From Schmidtea polychroa (taxonomy: Eukaryota), in the NCBI GenBank assembly GCA_044892525.1, contig CM097885.1:237152001-237216000 (forward strand): a stretch of DNA of 64,000 nt, given 5' to 3'. The notes under the pieces were generated by a model that was not told the DNA's origin, searched no databases, and saw nothing but the letters and a program-made list of their open reading frames with translations. Position numbers and translations under genes: made by a program. The first letter of the stretch is position 1. The number at the start of each line of letters is the position of its first letter. This document shows, one piece after another, positions 1 to 49,339 of the stretch.

Positions 1-1467
1 GAGAAAAATACTCGAAAATAGATTATAGTTGATCTGCTAATGAAAACAAAGGGAACTCGATGTACTGTTGATGATAAAAAGGAACTTTTCTGAGTAAGAT
101 GACTAATCTTTGTGGAAACTCCTGTTGATGTCAATTTTGTGGTATCCTCAATCACTGTGTGAATCACGACTACATTTTTGACTTTCGCATTTTAATTTAT
201 TTTTACAAATCCTCACTTTGAAAATTTTTACTCACCTCCTGCTTATAGTAGTGTAAATCTGTTTTGAGCATGTACTCTCGTATTAGTATAACTTCATAGG
301 AAACGCTATAACATCGTTAAATACAATTTAGGAAATGAGATAATATGCAGAAAACTTTATTTTTACTAAAAGAGAACTCCCGAAATACCTGTTTGTAGCC
401 TCCAGAGCATGGTCTTCCTGTTCGTCTGAATTTATTTCTAACCATCTTCAAGACATAATGAAAAATATTCTCTGAATAATTTGGCAGAATCATCGACAAA
501 AATAATATTTCCAAAACGAGAAACGAGAATGTTGTAAACAACGAGGGTAATTACAATCATCATTTTCGATAAGAATCAGCACATGCAACATCGAATTAAT
601 ACTGAGAATATGACACATGAAAAATCCAATTTAATGAGAAAACGCCAGATCGATTTTAAATTTCATAGAGTAGAAGAGCACAAGTTTGAACAGATTGCGA
701 ATTCAAGTGACAACTGGCAGAACATAGCATGATATCATCTGCTGAGATAACAGCATCCGACTCCTTTTGCAGTGAGATTAATGACACCGCATATACTCAC
801 ACACTGACGATAGCACGGTAAAGTACAACAATACGCATGTGACATTTTCCATTCAATTCATTTTTGTGTCATAGACATCTGCTATAACCGCAACTGCACA
901 CGCTTGATAAAAATTTTCGAGATGAGAAGATAATCTGTTCTAGCTCATATGCTATCCACTCGTGACAAACATAATCTCTGATAGTAATTGAATTCGACGT
1001 AGGCGACAGATAACTTAATGTAACTAATAGACTTAATGATAATACTCATATGAATTTGGCATGTCTACTAAGTTCCAACAAGGAAAAAAGGGAATTTACT
1101 AACCAAACAAGACAAATTTTCCTTTTAACTAATAAAATTTTAAATATATTTGTAATGTTACCTGAGAAAATTTTAAATATTATTATATTTACCTACCTAT
1201 AGGGTTTCCTTTTCCAACAAATCACCATATTTACGGAGGCAACGTCATATGATTCCGACCTTTTTCTGTTGATAAATAACATAGAATAGTAAAAGTCGAT
1301 CGTCTGAGGGGAATCTCTCTTGTCGGCTGACATGTTTTTCTCTTCTTGTCTGAATGGTATAGACGGATAGTATAAATCTCGAGACGGTTAATGAATGGTT
1401 GTTTCGGCATGATGATTTTGTAAATTTAGTGATTTATGTTGATTATCTTTGTCTCTCCTTTCCAGTC

Positions 1468-2217
1468 ATGATCCCAGTTACAAAAACTACTCTCAGACCT
1501 TGTTTTTCTTGCGCAGACAAGAATAACATCATCAAGGAACTATAAGCTCAGATCGGTCGATACAAGAGAAAAATCGACGAGCTGGAAGGCACATGGTTCA
1601 GCCCAGTGCAGATGAAAGAGGTGCAGAAGAAATTGTACCGTAGCGAACACTGTCGCGATGCTCTAATCTCAGAAAGCCGATCCCAACGCATCCTAATAAA
1701 AGAGCAATCGGAGGCTTTCCACAAAGTTTATCTCCAGGCGGCTACCACCCGGAAAATCGTCCGCATTCCTATTCATGAAGCGGACAACATCTTTCATGTT
1801 CACCACGACACCTCTCTTGATCAATCACCTCCAGCCAAGAAGCCTTGTCGCGAGTGTGTTGAAGCCGACCTTTCACCCCGGCCTGCCGAAGTGATCATCA
1901 CCGGAACCAGCAAGGTGTTACCACCCATCGCGTCTACGTCTACGGCGCAACCGAGTACACTTATTGCCTCAAACCCCAAGCGACGGCAACTATCGAGAGC
2001 CGAGCGCAAGAAGAAACAACGAGAGCGAGTAGCCGCTAAGGAGAGAAAGCAAACGGCGAATAATCCTGATAACGCAAACAGTACTACTCCGGTAATCGAT
2101 TTGACGACGGGAAACCCAGGGCGCATCATCTCAGCCGCTGGCGTTACCTGGGAAGAGAATGCGTCGGAGTTTTTCAATCTTGAAGAACTTTTGGCTGATA
2201 CCGAATGGGAAAAGTGA
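1468..2217 (+). pseudogene. Orphan ORF (~249 codons) with one premature stop, in a GC-richer, probably TE-derived block
   Basis: ATG at 1468 follows a polypyrimidine+CAG acceptor-like sequence and is in frame with the 1606..2217 ORF except for TAA at 1543-1545. CxxC plus coiled-coil N-terminus, basic NLS-like stretch, acidic C-terminal helix. No family recognised. Confidence 0.4.
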
Positions 2218-4808
2218 TATCAGCTACTGAGTCACAGTCCTTAGCTCGCGAACGTTCACAATTGACTATTGATCTTTCGATGTCGATGTATATATATTGT
2301 ATATAAATCTGTTTGTGTTTGTTGTATCGTTATCAGCTAATAAATAAATCATTTGTTCTCGAGTAAATTCTTTGCACGATGTTTTGATATAAATTTTCCA
2401 TGAATGTATGGTTAAGCTCTCGAGACTCGATGATGTACTAAGCATTTGCATTCAGCATGGGCACAGTAAAATGATTGAGAGCGATAGTACAGGTAGACGT
2501 AAGCCCTTCTATCTGCAGTCGAGAAAAGGAAGTCGCGGCCTCAGAAAGGAGTAGTGCTAAGGCAGGGGCTCACCTGCTTTCTGGCGTCTCGCCGGCATAG
2601 TGCATTACCAACGTGAAGTGATTCACGGGTACTATGTTGGAGTATAGATTATGCAGGGTTCTGCTCCGAGTTGACGAAATGGCAGATGAAGTATGCGGAA
2701 TGGGCAATCATCCCTTAGGCGAGAAGTTAAAGTGGTTTAAGTCAACCGAGTGGTGCCCCAGCACTTTCTTACTTTTAACTTAAATTTATTTGAAATTTGA
2801 AATTAATAATTTTAATTTTTTTTAATTGTTTCTCCGGTCTGACAATGTTTTCTTCAATAATTTCGTCATTCACTTTGCGTTTCGTTTTAATTTTGCATTC
2901 TCGTGTGTCTTCTTTTAAAACTTGTGTATCCCTCTTCCCTTAACAACTTCTCCTTAAATCCAAATTTGTTTATATTTTATAGTCTTCAATTCAAAAACAG
3001 AAAATTACTTTTATTTCCCACGCATTTTTTTGTATCTTCCATAGATTTTTATTTTCTCTGACAATAATTAAGAAATTTTATTATTAAAAATATAATTTTC
3101 TGACTTTCCCGGTAATCCATTTTTCTCATCTCCGAAAGACTATCGAGATATGCCAATTGAATTTCAAGTTTTTTGTGTTTTTTTCATTTTGAACTTGTTA
3201 TTTGTTATTTGTGTCATTTCAATGTTTGATTTTATCGATTCTTTTAATTTTAATTATTTAATTTTAATTATTTAAAAATTTGAAGATGTGGGACAAATCT
3301 TGTTCTAGTTGCTAAAGACAAAATAAGCTGACAAAGTGTTGCTTCATTTAGTTACTATCATATCTGAAGTCGCTTTTACAAGCGCACCGTTACCTTAATC
3401 GATCGTATTATTAAATAAACAGAAACTTTTCTAGTGAATTCAATGATAAGATTTCAAAATATTTATTTATAACTAGATAAATAGATCTCTCAGTAGCAGC
3501 ATTCTTTTTTGGAAAATTTTATTAATGTTTAAATATTCCACTTTGTCATATTACCAGAATAAGAATAAATAACCAATTTGGAGAGTGTTTTTTAGTATAC
3601 TACTTTCGTTAATTAAACTGCCGTCAATTTAAATTAAATCGACTTCGTTTTTGCTAAATCAAACTTAATTTAAGAGTTAAATTTATAATTTTAAAATATT
3701 TTTTGACTCCGAGATCGATCGTGTCGTTTCTTAACTACAAAATTATCCTAAATGATCAATTAAAAATTTATTTGACCCTTATTGATTTGCGTTATTTTTA
3801 AAGTATCAAAAAAGACTTCGGAAAAGGCCACCATTGCACATTGTCGTAGTTGTGACGAAAAATTGTACGAAATCCGAAGGTAAAGTGAACAAATTTCCAA
3901 CCCGCAGAAGCGAAATAATCAACTTAAAGTGACATAGCTGCTGTCCGCTAAGGCGAACGAGTTACACAAGAAATCTAGGGATAACCTGATATACGGAAGA
4001 CAGAGCGCAAAAGAATTTCCTGAAGAATCGGCACGAACTACTATGCCGAATATATACTGATGGCTAGCTAGAATGGCGACTACCCAATTTAGAGAACCCG
4101 AACATGTTGGAGTTAATTTCGGCTTATGGTGTAGTCTTTACGCTAAGGTCTGAACCAAATGCTTGTCACGCCATATTCTTTCTCAGCTTCAGCATCTTCG
4201 GTGACGTAGTTCCCTTAGTTTCGAAAGACCCACCTGAAGTAGACCCCAGAAAGAACCACCAGACTAAGACTCTCAGACTTTGGAGCCAACCCGCGAATTC
4301 AACAAGGTTAATAAGGGTTCGTACAAAGAACATTACAATGAAGTTTTCGATAATGAAGTTACAATGACGAAAATTTTGCCTTTAAAGTATATATAAGACT
4401 GCTGATGTTTTAAATTAAAATTTTGCATTGCTCTCTCGTGGTGTTTCTATGCATTTACACATTATCAATGGTAATTTAAATTTTTATCCAGTAAAGATCT
4501 GAAAAAAATTAATTTACTCATTGAATAATAATTCATTAAATACATTTATCATAAATAAGGGCAATGAATTGTTGAGAAAGTATTTATATTTATTCAATTA
4601 AATTTTTATAATTTAAAATATAAATAAAATTATCCTATTTTTATAAACATTTAGTATATTACACTAAATATTTAAATTAAAACTTAAAATTGAAAAACTC
4701 TTTTTTTTGTTGTCAAGGTGTGTTTAAATAAGCTTTGTTATATCATTAATTAAGAACAATTAACAATTTTAATTATTTTAGCGACTCATTTTTTGTAATT
4801 TTGGCATA

Positions 4809-17526
<12,718 letters not shown>

Positions 17527-17892
17527 TGTTGTCATCCAATCATGTGAATGAGTTAAGCATTTCACAGTTGTTTTTATTTATCCTTTTTACTGTTGCTTAT
17601 CATAAACTAATAAATTTTGTTCATTGCTATTTGTATTTAAAATACGTTTGAGTTTTGTTATATCATACATGGAAGTTAAATTCGAGTTTTTTGTCTGTAA
17701 AATAATGTTTATTTATTAATTTTATTGGAAATATGCAGCCAAATTCTATTGCATGGTATTTCCTGTTATTTATCTGAGTTGTTATGATATAAATAAAGAA
17801 TTGAAATAAAAATTTGCAAATCGTTGACTAGAAAACCACTAACTATGAATTCTTTCATTTTGAAACGTGTAGGCTAAAGAATTGAAGAACGA

Positions 17893-18496
17893 TGTTACGT
17901 AGGAGGATAGTTTAAAAAATGTGTATTAATAGAGGGGTAATTAATTAGCTCTTGTTTTAAGCTGATTACAGGTCACATTTTGATGATTGATATTCTTTAG
18001 CATTGCATGTATTTTTTTGTTATTGGTTATCCAGAAAAGGAAAGATTAAGGTTGGTCGATCGATGACTGGAGTGTTGATGACCGCCTCAGTACCCGTTAG
18101 GTGGTGGGGTCTGACAACATTAGCAACCTCAGCCAATGGGGTGGGTAAACTGGTGTGTAACTCGGTCCATATATAAACTTGGTTGGAGCTTAGCTTTGCT
18201 TCTGAATCAGAATTCGGTAGCCATGGTTCTCGATAATTAACTCATCTCTGTAATCTTTTTGAGCCTCTTTCACTTGCTGGGAATGGCCGACTTTCAATTT
18301 GATGAACCCAATCTGATTGTTCGTTATAAACTTTAATCTTTATCATCACAGGTAGAGGAAGTCGGATACGTATCCATCTAAACTCCAAAAAGAGGACTCT
18401 TTCGCTTACAAAAGAAATGGTCGTATTCTGATTTACCGACACAAGAAGTGGATAGTTAGTCTAAGGATGTACCTGATGTACCTGACTACTACAACA
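17893..18496. mobile_element. Possible solo LTR
   Basis: TGTT...AACA termini, flanks ACGA/ATGA (4-bp TSD with one mismatch), GC-richer interior with TATATAAA near 18170. Confidence 0.35.
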
Positions 18497-18676
18497 ATGA
18501 CAGCGAGTGATATTAAACCCACTTTCTAGTTCATTTAATCGTGCTGATCCCGATGATGATACTAGTGGGATCAACTTTGTGTGAAGAGTTAATATAAATG
18601 GAGAGTTATTATAGCCAAAAAAATTAAATAATTAAGAACTATTTCTGAGAATTCGTAATAAACCTATATTAAGCTT

Positions 18677-19781
18677 ATGCATGATCCTAAATTAGAATTA
18701 TCCGCTGTTGTAAGACTTATGGAAAAAACCACAGTCTTTTTAAAACGTCACAGAGAAACAAGATCTGAAAAAGCAAAAATAACAACAACAAAGCTTGCAG
18801 AAAGTGTAGATGCTGAAGCAATTTTTCCAGCAGTGGTACAGATTAGAATTCGTCACAAGAGATTATTTGACTATAAATCGATTGCAGAACGCTTTGCACA
18901 AATGCAAGTGCACAGTGGGAACTTTTCATTCTTGTATGGCATTAAAGTATTACAGATATTATCATGCGAAGAGTTGTTGAAAAACTGTCAAAACTTATAC
19001 ATCCTACTCACTTGTGGCAATAGTTGTGAAGTGGATGGATATGAATTATGTGATTGAATTATGTGAATTGCATATTGCCAGAGAAAAAAACGTCCTTGCA
19101 AATTTTTATATTTCTAAAATCAAACCATTGGTCGGAACTTTTCCCAAACACAGCTATTGCAACCCGCACTTTGTTGACTATTCCAGTCAGTGTGGCGACT
19201 GGCGAAAGAAATTTTTCAAAGTTAAACTTAATAAAAACATACGTCCGAGACTTTATGACACAGGAAATACTTACTGCTCTAAATATCCTATCTATTGAGA
19301 ACGACGTAGCCAAACATTAGATTACGGAAATAATATAAGCAATTTTACAAGTGTTAAAGCAAGGAAGGTATTTTTAAGTAAAAACATACTTCAAGAGACT
19401 AGAATAGATGAAACATTTCAAAGTTACATAAAAATTTGTAATAAAATTAGCAAAACAAAAAATCCGTTATGCGTCAGTAAATATTTTAAATATTTTAAAT
19501 AAATAAATTTTTTCTTTTCTCCTTAATTGAAATTTTTCGGTTATGTGTTTTACGATTTCCTAACAAATTTATATTAACAAGTGATGACTGTGCTTATTAA
19601 AAAATTATAATAATGAAAACTCAGTTGGGATATATCACGGATAATGTTCTGGGCCCCTATACGGCAGTTCATCATTCAATTGTAACTTGTCAAATATGAG
19701 ATAGTGTGGGAGTCAGTCAGGTCAGAGGGCGCCAAAATGTATGCTTTGACTACGGCGCCATTGTGGCCAGTGCCAAACCTG
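18677..19781 (+). mobile_element. Decayed hAT transposase 3' part and right end
   Basis: FPNTAIATRTLLTIPVSVATGERNFSKLNLIKTY...LNILSIEND (hAT C-terminal dimerisation domain), frameshifted; GC-rich GGCGCC subterminal motifs ending CCTG near 19781. Confidence 0.75.
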
Positions 19782-21380
19782 TTTGTTGGTTTGGTCAATC
19801 AATCAAGGTTGATCACGTCTGAGCATTTTGATCATTTTAATTATTTTATTTTACATTTAAATTTCAATTAATTTAATTGGTCTATTTTATTTTGTGTTTT
19901 AATATGTTTAAAAAACCTAAAATATGTGTGTACTACTTTTTGTGCATTTTCAATTTATTATTTTTGTTTTACTTTTTTATTTAATTTGATTATTTTTTTA
20001 TTTGTGTATCATTTAGTGTTTTCCATGAATTTTAAATAATTGCAAGCGATTTTTATGTTGTGTGGCATCTACGTTTATTATGCACAATTACCTTCTTTAA
20101 TTAATTCTGATAAGTTATTTAATTTTGCTAAGTTGTTATAATTTTTCCTTCTTCGACCAACTGGCGCTTTCCGCTTTTTGCTCTCAGGTTATATAATAAT
20201 TCACTGATCATTAATCTTTACTATATTTGGCTAAAGAATTCTCTGTCGATTTCCTAATTCCCGACAATCAGCTGGGTATCCTTTGATTGATGGCTTTCAT
20301 TGAAACTTAATTAATTAAATAATTAATTTGTTTTTGGGCCCCTGGCTCTTATATGGACCTCTGATCAATTCGAAATCTCATTTGTCACCGGTCACCATAC
20401 TCCCGAAAAATATTGATTTTTACTTTTTCAAAATTTTTAATAAATTTTAATTGATTTTGATAATTTGTGGAATTTTATCTTTTTATTTCGAGTAAATTAA
20501 GAACAAAGAAAATCCCAAAAATTGTGTACAGTACCAACATGGTCGTCGCCATGGGTACACAAATTGTTTAAAGTGCAATAGTCATTGAGGTGCTTAGGAA
20601 AGAGTCGAGTGAATATCTATGATTACCCCTAACGTATTTAAAATTTAAAATGACACACCCTAAGTGACCAACAGTAAGGTTCACCTTATGTTGACAGGCA
20701 CCCGCTAAATCGCTTGCGACGGGTGTTTAGTGGTCAAATGAATAGTTATGCGTGGTTGTGAGTAGAATGCATATATAGTGAAAGCGTTAACAGGATAAGA
20801 TACATACTGATACGAAAGATCTTCCTACTCGTAACCCGTCAATAGTAAATAGATAACCCGATAACAACAGATCAAATATCATGCGAAAAAAAGTTTCAAA
20901 TGTTAGTATTTTAATTTTATTTTGTAGGATTTAGATATCAACTAAATTTTTTGGTTATGACACTGAACCTCCATTAGACTAATGTGAATTAAAATAAAAT
21001 TTCATAAACATAAATTAATTTTCATTTTTGAAATTGAGCTAAATTGAAAAATAATTTTTAAAATTTTTGTAAAAATACAAATGTCAAAGTCAACATAATG
21101 AAAACAATTTTAAAATTCTATTTATTTTCTCATTTTTATATTTTTATATTAATGATTTAAAGTATTTACCTATATTAGTTTAATATCCATTAGTAATAAA
21201 TTGTTTTATTTTAATAAATTAATATTATCTTTTTAAAACTATTAGCAAAGAACTTTGGAATATATTTTGTATAATATTAATTAATTTGCTTTTAATTAAT
21301 AAGATCATATTTAAAAATTTTAAATTTTAATTTAACTAAATAGTATTTTGAATTTCATTATCAAAATATTCATTACAGAG

Positions 21381-43629
<22,249 letters not shown>

Positions 43630-44178
43630 AAAATAAACATTGAGATGTGCAATATTTTCATTACATTTATTATAAAAAATGACTTCAGTTAATTATATTT
43701 TATTTAAACGTTTTTTTAAAATTTTTTGTAAATTTAAAAAAAAATTTCTAATTTTAATTTTATCGATTATTTTTTTGACAATGAAAAGTTCTCGCGTGTT
43801 GGGTCGAGTTCAAGTTACGGGTTTCATATCGGCAATTTGCACCTTAGGCACATGCTGAGGAGTGGTGTTGTTTAACCCGAAACCGGATTCGATATTTCCC
43901 AGAACCGAGAAGAAATAAGAGGTTAAAAATTTTTTTAATTTTCTGATGAAAAAATCAACACCTTCACTGATAATATCATAACGCTCTCTTGGTGCTTGTT
44001 GGTTCTTGTAAAATGTAATACATTTCGGAACTAGTTGACCATTTTGAGCTGAATTCAATCGATTTTGAAGATTAGTGTAAAGATTAATTGTTTCACCAAT
44101 AAAAAATGTGTCGGGACAATTTGGAGTAAATGCTAGATTTTCATGAAATTTGAGTAGTTTGAATTACAATAATAATAA

Positions 44179-45158
44179 TGTTGAGGTTTTAAAAGTAAAT
44201 TATTAAATTATATCAAATCGAATAGTTCCGATTAAAACGAAAACCGAAATTGAATGGCGGTCAGGCATAAGGGTACATATATATAAGGGTACAGTCAGAC
44301 ACGAAATGGAAAAATGCGATAACCTGAGGAAGTGGAATAAAGTGAAAAGTTATCGAAATTGAAGCTGGAAAACGTGAGAGGGGTGGATTAGGGGATGGTG
44401 AAGAAGACAGTGAGCAAGAAATTGTCAGAAAATGTTTAGAAAGGGTCGTAAACAGGCAAATATGAAAAAAACACAAAATATTAATTAATTAATTAATTGG
44501 CTAATGGGAAACCCGAGCTAATGGGAAGTCCGAGCCAAAGGAGAACCCGAGCGATGAAGAAAACCCGAGCACGGCAATTTGGAAGGATAAACAAATGAGG
44601 AATTCAGAGGGCAATTGTCCAAACAGCCGGATAAACGAGGGTAAACAAAAGAAGATGAATTACGAAGATGGTTAACAGAAACAGCTAATTAGGGAATGAT
44701 AACTAATGAAGTCAAAACCAAATAGGTCAAAAATGGGGCAATTACAATGATTATTGGAGTATATATTAGGAAACTCCAAATTCACATAATCGACAGTAGC
44801 TTTAGGTAGGGAAGAAGAAACGGACAATAGGAGTTCGAGGAATAAAATAAAAGAAGAAAAAGAATCATAAGAGAAATTGAAGAGTGAGAAAAGGAGCATT
44901 AAAACAATTCGGATCAGAGAGTGGAATCAAATAAAAAGGTGAAACCTATTTTTAAATCGTACAAGATCGAGACCTTCCAGAGCAGAGCTCGATCGGAAAT
45001 TGTGAGAAAATTGTGGTTAACTAAAAGTGTAGTTATTTATTGAGAATTGTAAATTTTCTATAAAACAAATTTACGTTGGGAGTTTGTGTTTATTGATTTT
45101 TGGAACACGTGGAGTTAGAGTAACCAACGGTTGATTTTTGTTATCATAAAACCCAACA
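44179..45158. mobile_element. Solo LTR (Gypsy-type)
   Basis: Inverted termini TGTTGAGGTTTTA...TAAAACCCAACA; 4-bp flanks ATAA/ATAA; internal TATATAAG and 4x AACCCGAGC-like repeats. Confidence 0.65.
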
Positions 45159-45169
45159 ATAATAAACAA

Positions 45170-46610
45170 CTGAACACAATTTCACAAATTATTTATTTAC
45201 TAAATAAAAGTATAAAAGCTTTCAGAACTATACAATGTCTTTGGTGTGTAGAACCATTTTCAAGTATTTTGATCTTCGTTGTTCAGATATTTTCTTCAAT
45301 CCGTATGATTATATGGACTCGTTTGAGAAATTCCTTGAGACCAAACTCCCGGGAATCGAAAAGTTTTAATCGATCTTAAATTAATCAGACATCCAGCTTG
45401 AGGAATATGAGTGCGCACAAACCATATGGCGGAAATTCGCGTGCAAGAATCTCGGCAAGTATACGGACTTGTACCTGAAGCTCGATGTGTACATCCTCGC
45501 GGATTGTTTAGAGAAATTCCGGCAGATCTCATTGCTGGACCCGTGCAATTTCATGTCGCTGCCATCAATGACCTGGGATATTTTAGCGTATCAAACGAAA
45601 CACAAACTGGAATTATTAATGGACCTGGTCATGTTTCTTTTGATCAGGAATAATATCCGAGAGGGATCTCCTAAAACATGTGTTCAGCAATGAATAATCC
45701 AACGGAAGCAAAATACTATGACGCGACCGCTCTGTATTTGGAAATAATGACGCAGCACCTCCAAGATGGCGAGTTTAGATGGACAAGGAGTAATATAGAT
45801 CAAATCCTAGCCACTCCCAAAGACTCCGACATCGGATATTTCATCGAGTTCGATTTAGAGTACCCAAAATGAATCCACGACAAGACGAATCATTTCCCAT
45901 TTGCGCCACAGAAACGAATTGTAAAGTATGAAGAATTATCACCCTGACAGAAAGAACGGAATCCTCAAAAGGATGATTCCTCAGAGAAATTATTATGCGA
46001 CTAATATGATAAAAGCCATTATACTTGGTTCATTCATCTCGTGGCTGTGGAAATCGGGAATTCCAAAATGATTTATAATAAACCAATGTACTTGGGGTTC
46101 AGTATTCTCGAACTATCAAAACTCCAAATGTACAAGGCATATTATGACGTCTTGCAACCTCATTTCCAGGATCAACTCTCACTATGGATATGGGTTCCTT
46201 CTTCCTAAAGTTTCAGAATTGCCAAGACGTCGAGGCTGAAATCGCAGCGAGCCCTAACCACGCAGAATACTTCAACAATTCAGGGAAGTTATTCTCTTTC
46301 AAGGATGAGCGCCCGAATAATATAATAAAAGAAACCATATTGATCCGAGTGAAACAATACTCGCTCTTCACACTATATCCTTGTGGCAGCAACATAAAAA
46401 ATAAAGGCATCCAGAAATGCATAACACAGAGAATGTCTCACGAAATGCTTAGTGATTGCGTGAGCAAAGACCAAAGGACATTCTCTATCGTGCATTCGAT
46501 TAGAAGCATATTGCACGACATATATTTTGTTGAGTAGAATAAAATATCGTTAAACAACTATGACGATAAACGTTATATTCTGAACGATGGAATCACCACC
46601 TTCCTTTCGG
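45170..46610 (+). pseudogene. Protein-primed family B DNA polymerase remnant of an old Polinton (element 1)
   Basis: LYLKLDVYILADCLEKFR..DPCNFMSLPSMTWD; YYDATALY; GYFIEFDLEYPK*IHDKTNHFPFAP; NKPMYLGFSILELSKLQMY; NKISLNNYDDKRYILNDG; many stops and frameshifts. Confidence 0.85.
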
Positions 46611-47499
46611 GAATTATTCAATTTCATCCTCATAAAATACATGCAAGAATTTCAAAAAATTAAATTATTTCTGAATAATTGTATTAAAATTTTCATTGTA
46701 TGTAGATAATATATATTAATAATATATAATAACCTTGATAATATACTTGTTTTTTATTTGGGATTTTATACACCTAATAACAATCGGGTGATAAAACATA
46801 ACGTTCAGGAAGCGCAGAAATTCCAAGGAGGAGGAGGAGGAAAAGGTTCCATAGATCCCCGGACAAATTAACCAGCCATTCCATAATTTACGGGACCACA
46901 GAGACGGGGAAAACTACGTTCGTTAGAAAATATATTAGTAATTATATCCAGGAATGTGTGCACGTATTTTGTAAGGATCCGACAGAGTGGGCGGGTACAG
47001 AAGCATCCACGACGCCGACGATTTAGAGTTGTTGACCTGATTATTCTCGATAATATGGGGAATTTAATCAAGCAAAAAACGTCTCCAAATCTTTTTTTTA
47101 GACATTTGTTCATATTATGAACTTCATACAAATAATATTCCTAGACACAAGCCCAAGGACGTCGACAATAAAATCCGAGAATACGTAAAGACTATTTTCA
47201 TGACGACGATGAATAACCCGTGCTTCTTCAAGGATAGTTGTAAAGCCTGTTTATCTAAAAAGCTTCCGTGTGAAATTTGTCAGAAATTAATAGCAGCTAG
47301 GTGTAAAAACATTCACAATAGAAAATTCCACAGGGTCATGTATTTGGATTCATGAGGCTCTCGGATACGAGCTTTTGATCTCTCGGGTGCAAGACTCTCG
47401 GCCTCTCGAACTCTCAGGCACAAGGCTCTCGGGTCTTATGACTTTCAAGCTCTCTAGGACAGTGCTCTAGGATACAAGCCTTTGGACTCTCGAAACTCG

Positions 47500-48130
47500 A
47501 AATTCCCATGTAAACATTATCTCGCAATTCATGCTGTTTTTTCATGCTTGTAGTTCCAGGATCTGTTTTTGTCAGCTTTAGTATGTACTACACATCGAAT
47601 TATGATTTCTCACGCGAGGATAATTTACTGTTAAAAAAATTATAAATTCTTGAGCTTTTCCAAATACTTGCTCTTTAATTGTTTCGCCATTTATTTCTTG
47701 ACTTAACCCTCGACCTCCTTGGAGTATTTGATTTTATTTATTTTGTCATTGATCTCAAGGATGATTAGACTCGACTCCTCGATTTCAGCGCTCGACAGCT
47801 TTATGTCCCCGAGGGCTTTTATTTGATACAGATATAGTTTATTAATGCCGAGCACCAATTCCTCACAGACTTCTCAGTATATTTTATTTTCCTTCGAAGT
47901 CAAGCCTATCGAAACTCGCTCGCTCTGAAAAGCATACGCGACATTCATTCCGCCGATGAGCGTGGCCATAATGATCGAGATCGAGGGCGCGATTTCTAGG
48001 AGACTTATTTGAAACCGATAGTATCCCTGTGATTGAGATGCATGCGATCTTAATCCCGGAATCTATTTTCATCCACCGAGACTTGATTTTCATATAATGC
48101 GCAAGACGTTTCTCGAGTTTATCCTATTTA
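47500..48130 (-). mobile_element. Possible decayed non-LTR retrotransposon RT fragment
   Basis: Degraded QGD-like and GGRGL motifs on the minus strand; heavily mutated. Confidence 0.35.
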
Positions 48131-48136
48131 TCCTAT

Positions 48137-48900
48137 TCATTGGGACCTTCGGGGCATTCTCGAATTCAGCCAAAGAAGGATATTTTCTTTCAACAAATGT
48201 TGGGTAGATTTCCTCTTCAATAATAGTTTCCTCCATTTATTTAGATAAAAACTTTCGAAATCTTGGATTGTTTTAACTAAAGGACCTGAAGAACCAGATT
48301 TGAAAAATAATTGGCCTAGCCTTATATTATTTATAGCTGCTAGTTTCCTATGTACATATTCTATGGTGTTTAAATCTAAAATAAGTGGGTTGATAAGTAT
48401 TTCGAAAATTATTCCAGAACCACTGAGAGTAAATTTAGATATACCCCCAGAATATCCAAATCTATTATTTATAACATGTAAACGCTTGTTTTTATTCCCA
48501 ATCATTGCATGAATACGCGAGTATGTTCCAATTCTTGATTTATCAATTTTAATATTTTGAAGAACAAGTATCACAGAGTAATCACCATGAGCGCTTGGTA
48601 TATTAAAAGTATAATCTTTCTTCCCAAAAAGTCTAATTGCATTTTTTATTACAAAAGCCTTTTATTACGTCTTTTATTATTAAAATTCATATCCTTTATT
48701 TGATTAATTTCATTCTTGACTTGATTAATTTGTTTATTTATTTGAGTATTTATCTCATCGATCTTGATTGTGGTTTCTTTAATCACTACATCAAATGCAT
48801 ACTTCTTGCTAGTGGCATCGTCTTCCGCGACAGGAAGAACCGGGTTTGAAATCGCGTGGTTGTTCATGTTCAGTACACCGCGCACCCGGATTCATTCACA
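48137..48900 (-). pseudogene. Polinton element 1 fibre-like gene remnant
   Basis: LNMNNHAISNPVLPVAEDDATSKKY matches the head/tail-fibre-type repeat seen in Polinton accessory genes; broken into ORFs 48649-48885 and 48137-48574. Confidence 0.5.
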
Positions 48901-48918
48901 AATTTACTTTCGACTTGG

Positions 48919-49260
48919 TCAATGAGTGCCGAAGTGTTCAAGGCCATAGTCCCGCCTGCGATATTTACTGGAATCATCCGGTAAGAGTTTTATAACCATA
49001 GGCTCGAAGTTCTCTCCTTTTGTTAAGCTTAATAATACGAAAACACAGAGCTGCCCGCAGATACTTTCCTGAACTTGCCAAGTTTTATACACGTATCCGT
49101 CACTGACGTACTCGGCCATTTCCTTGGCGAGAATAATCTCCTACGAGTCGAAATAAATCTTGTACTTCCTCGAACACAAAACTCAGTGCGACCCTCTTTC
49201 TCTAGTTGTTTGTAAATTAAAAATAATATTATCCGCATGCACATAATTCGCAATTTCATC
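48919..49260 (-). pseudogene. Polinton element 1 adenain-type cysteine protease remnant
   Basis: YKTWQVQESICGQLCVFVL (Q..CG..C catalytic region), with a YFDS-like motif upstream in another frame. Confidence 0.65.
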
Positions 49261-49339
49261 ACGCATAATGACTTTACACTCGAAACCTAAATCCCTAAGC
49301 ATATCGCGCAAATAAAAATTCGTCGTAGTATCTCGACCA

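Noticed and set aside
2751..2764. TGGTGCCCCA as a tRNA primer-binding site
   Set aside because: Not preceded by an LTR-ending CA, and no gag/pol follows.
3842..4363. Solo LTR or HDV-like ribozyme (GGCGAA) in a GC-richer block
   Set aside because: TG..CA termini can be chosen but no TSD matches; I could not build the HDV nested double pseudoknot.
20700..20732. Helitron 3' hairpin (ACCCG..TCGCTTGCGA..CGGGT, TTAGT)
   Set aside because: Terminal CTRR is imperfect and no 5' end or second copy is visible.
47225..47335. C2H2-like zinc finger (CEICQKLIAARCKNIHNRKFH) as a gene
   Set aside because: No intact ORF around it; probably a decayed accessory gene of Polinton element 1, too short to call.
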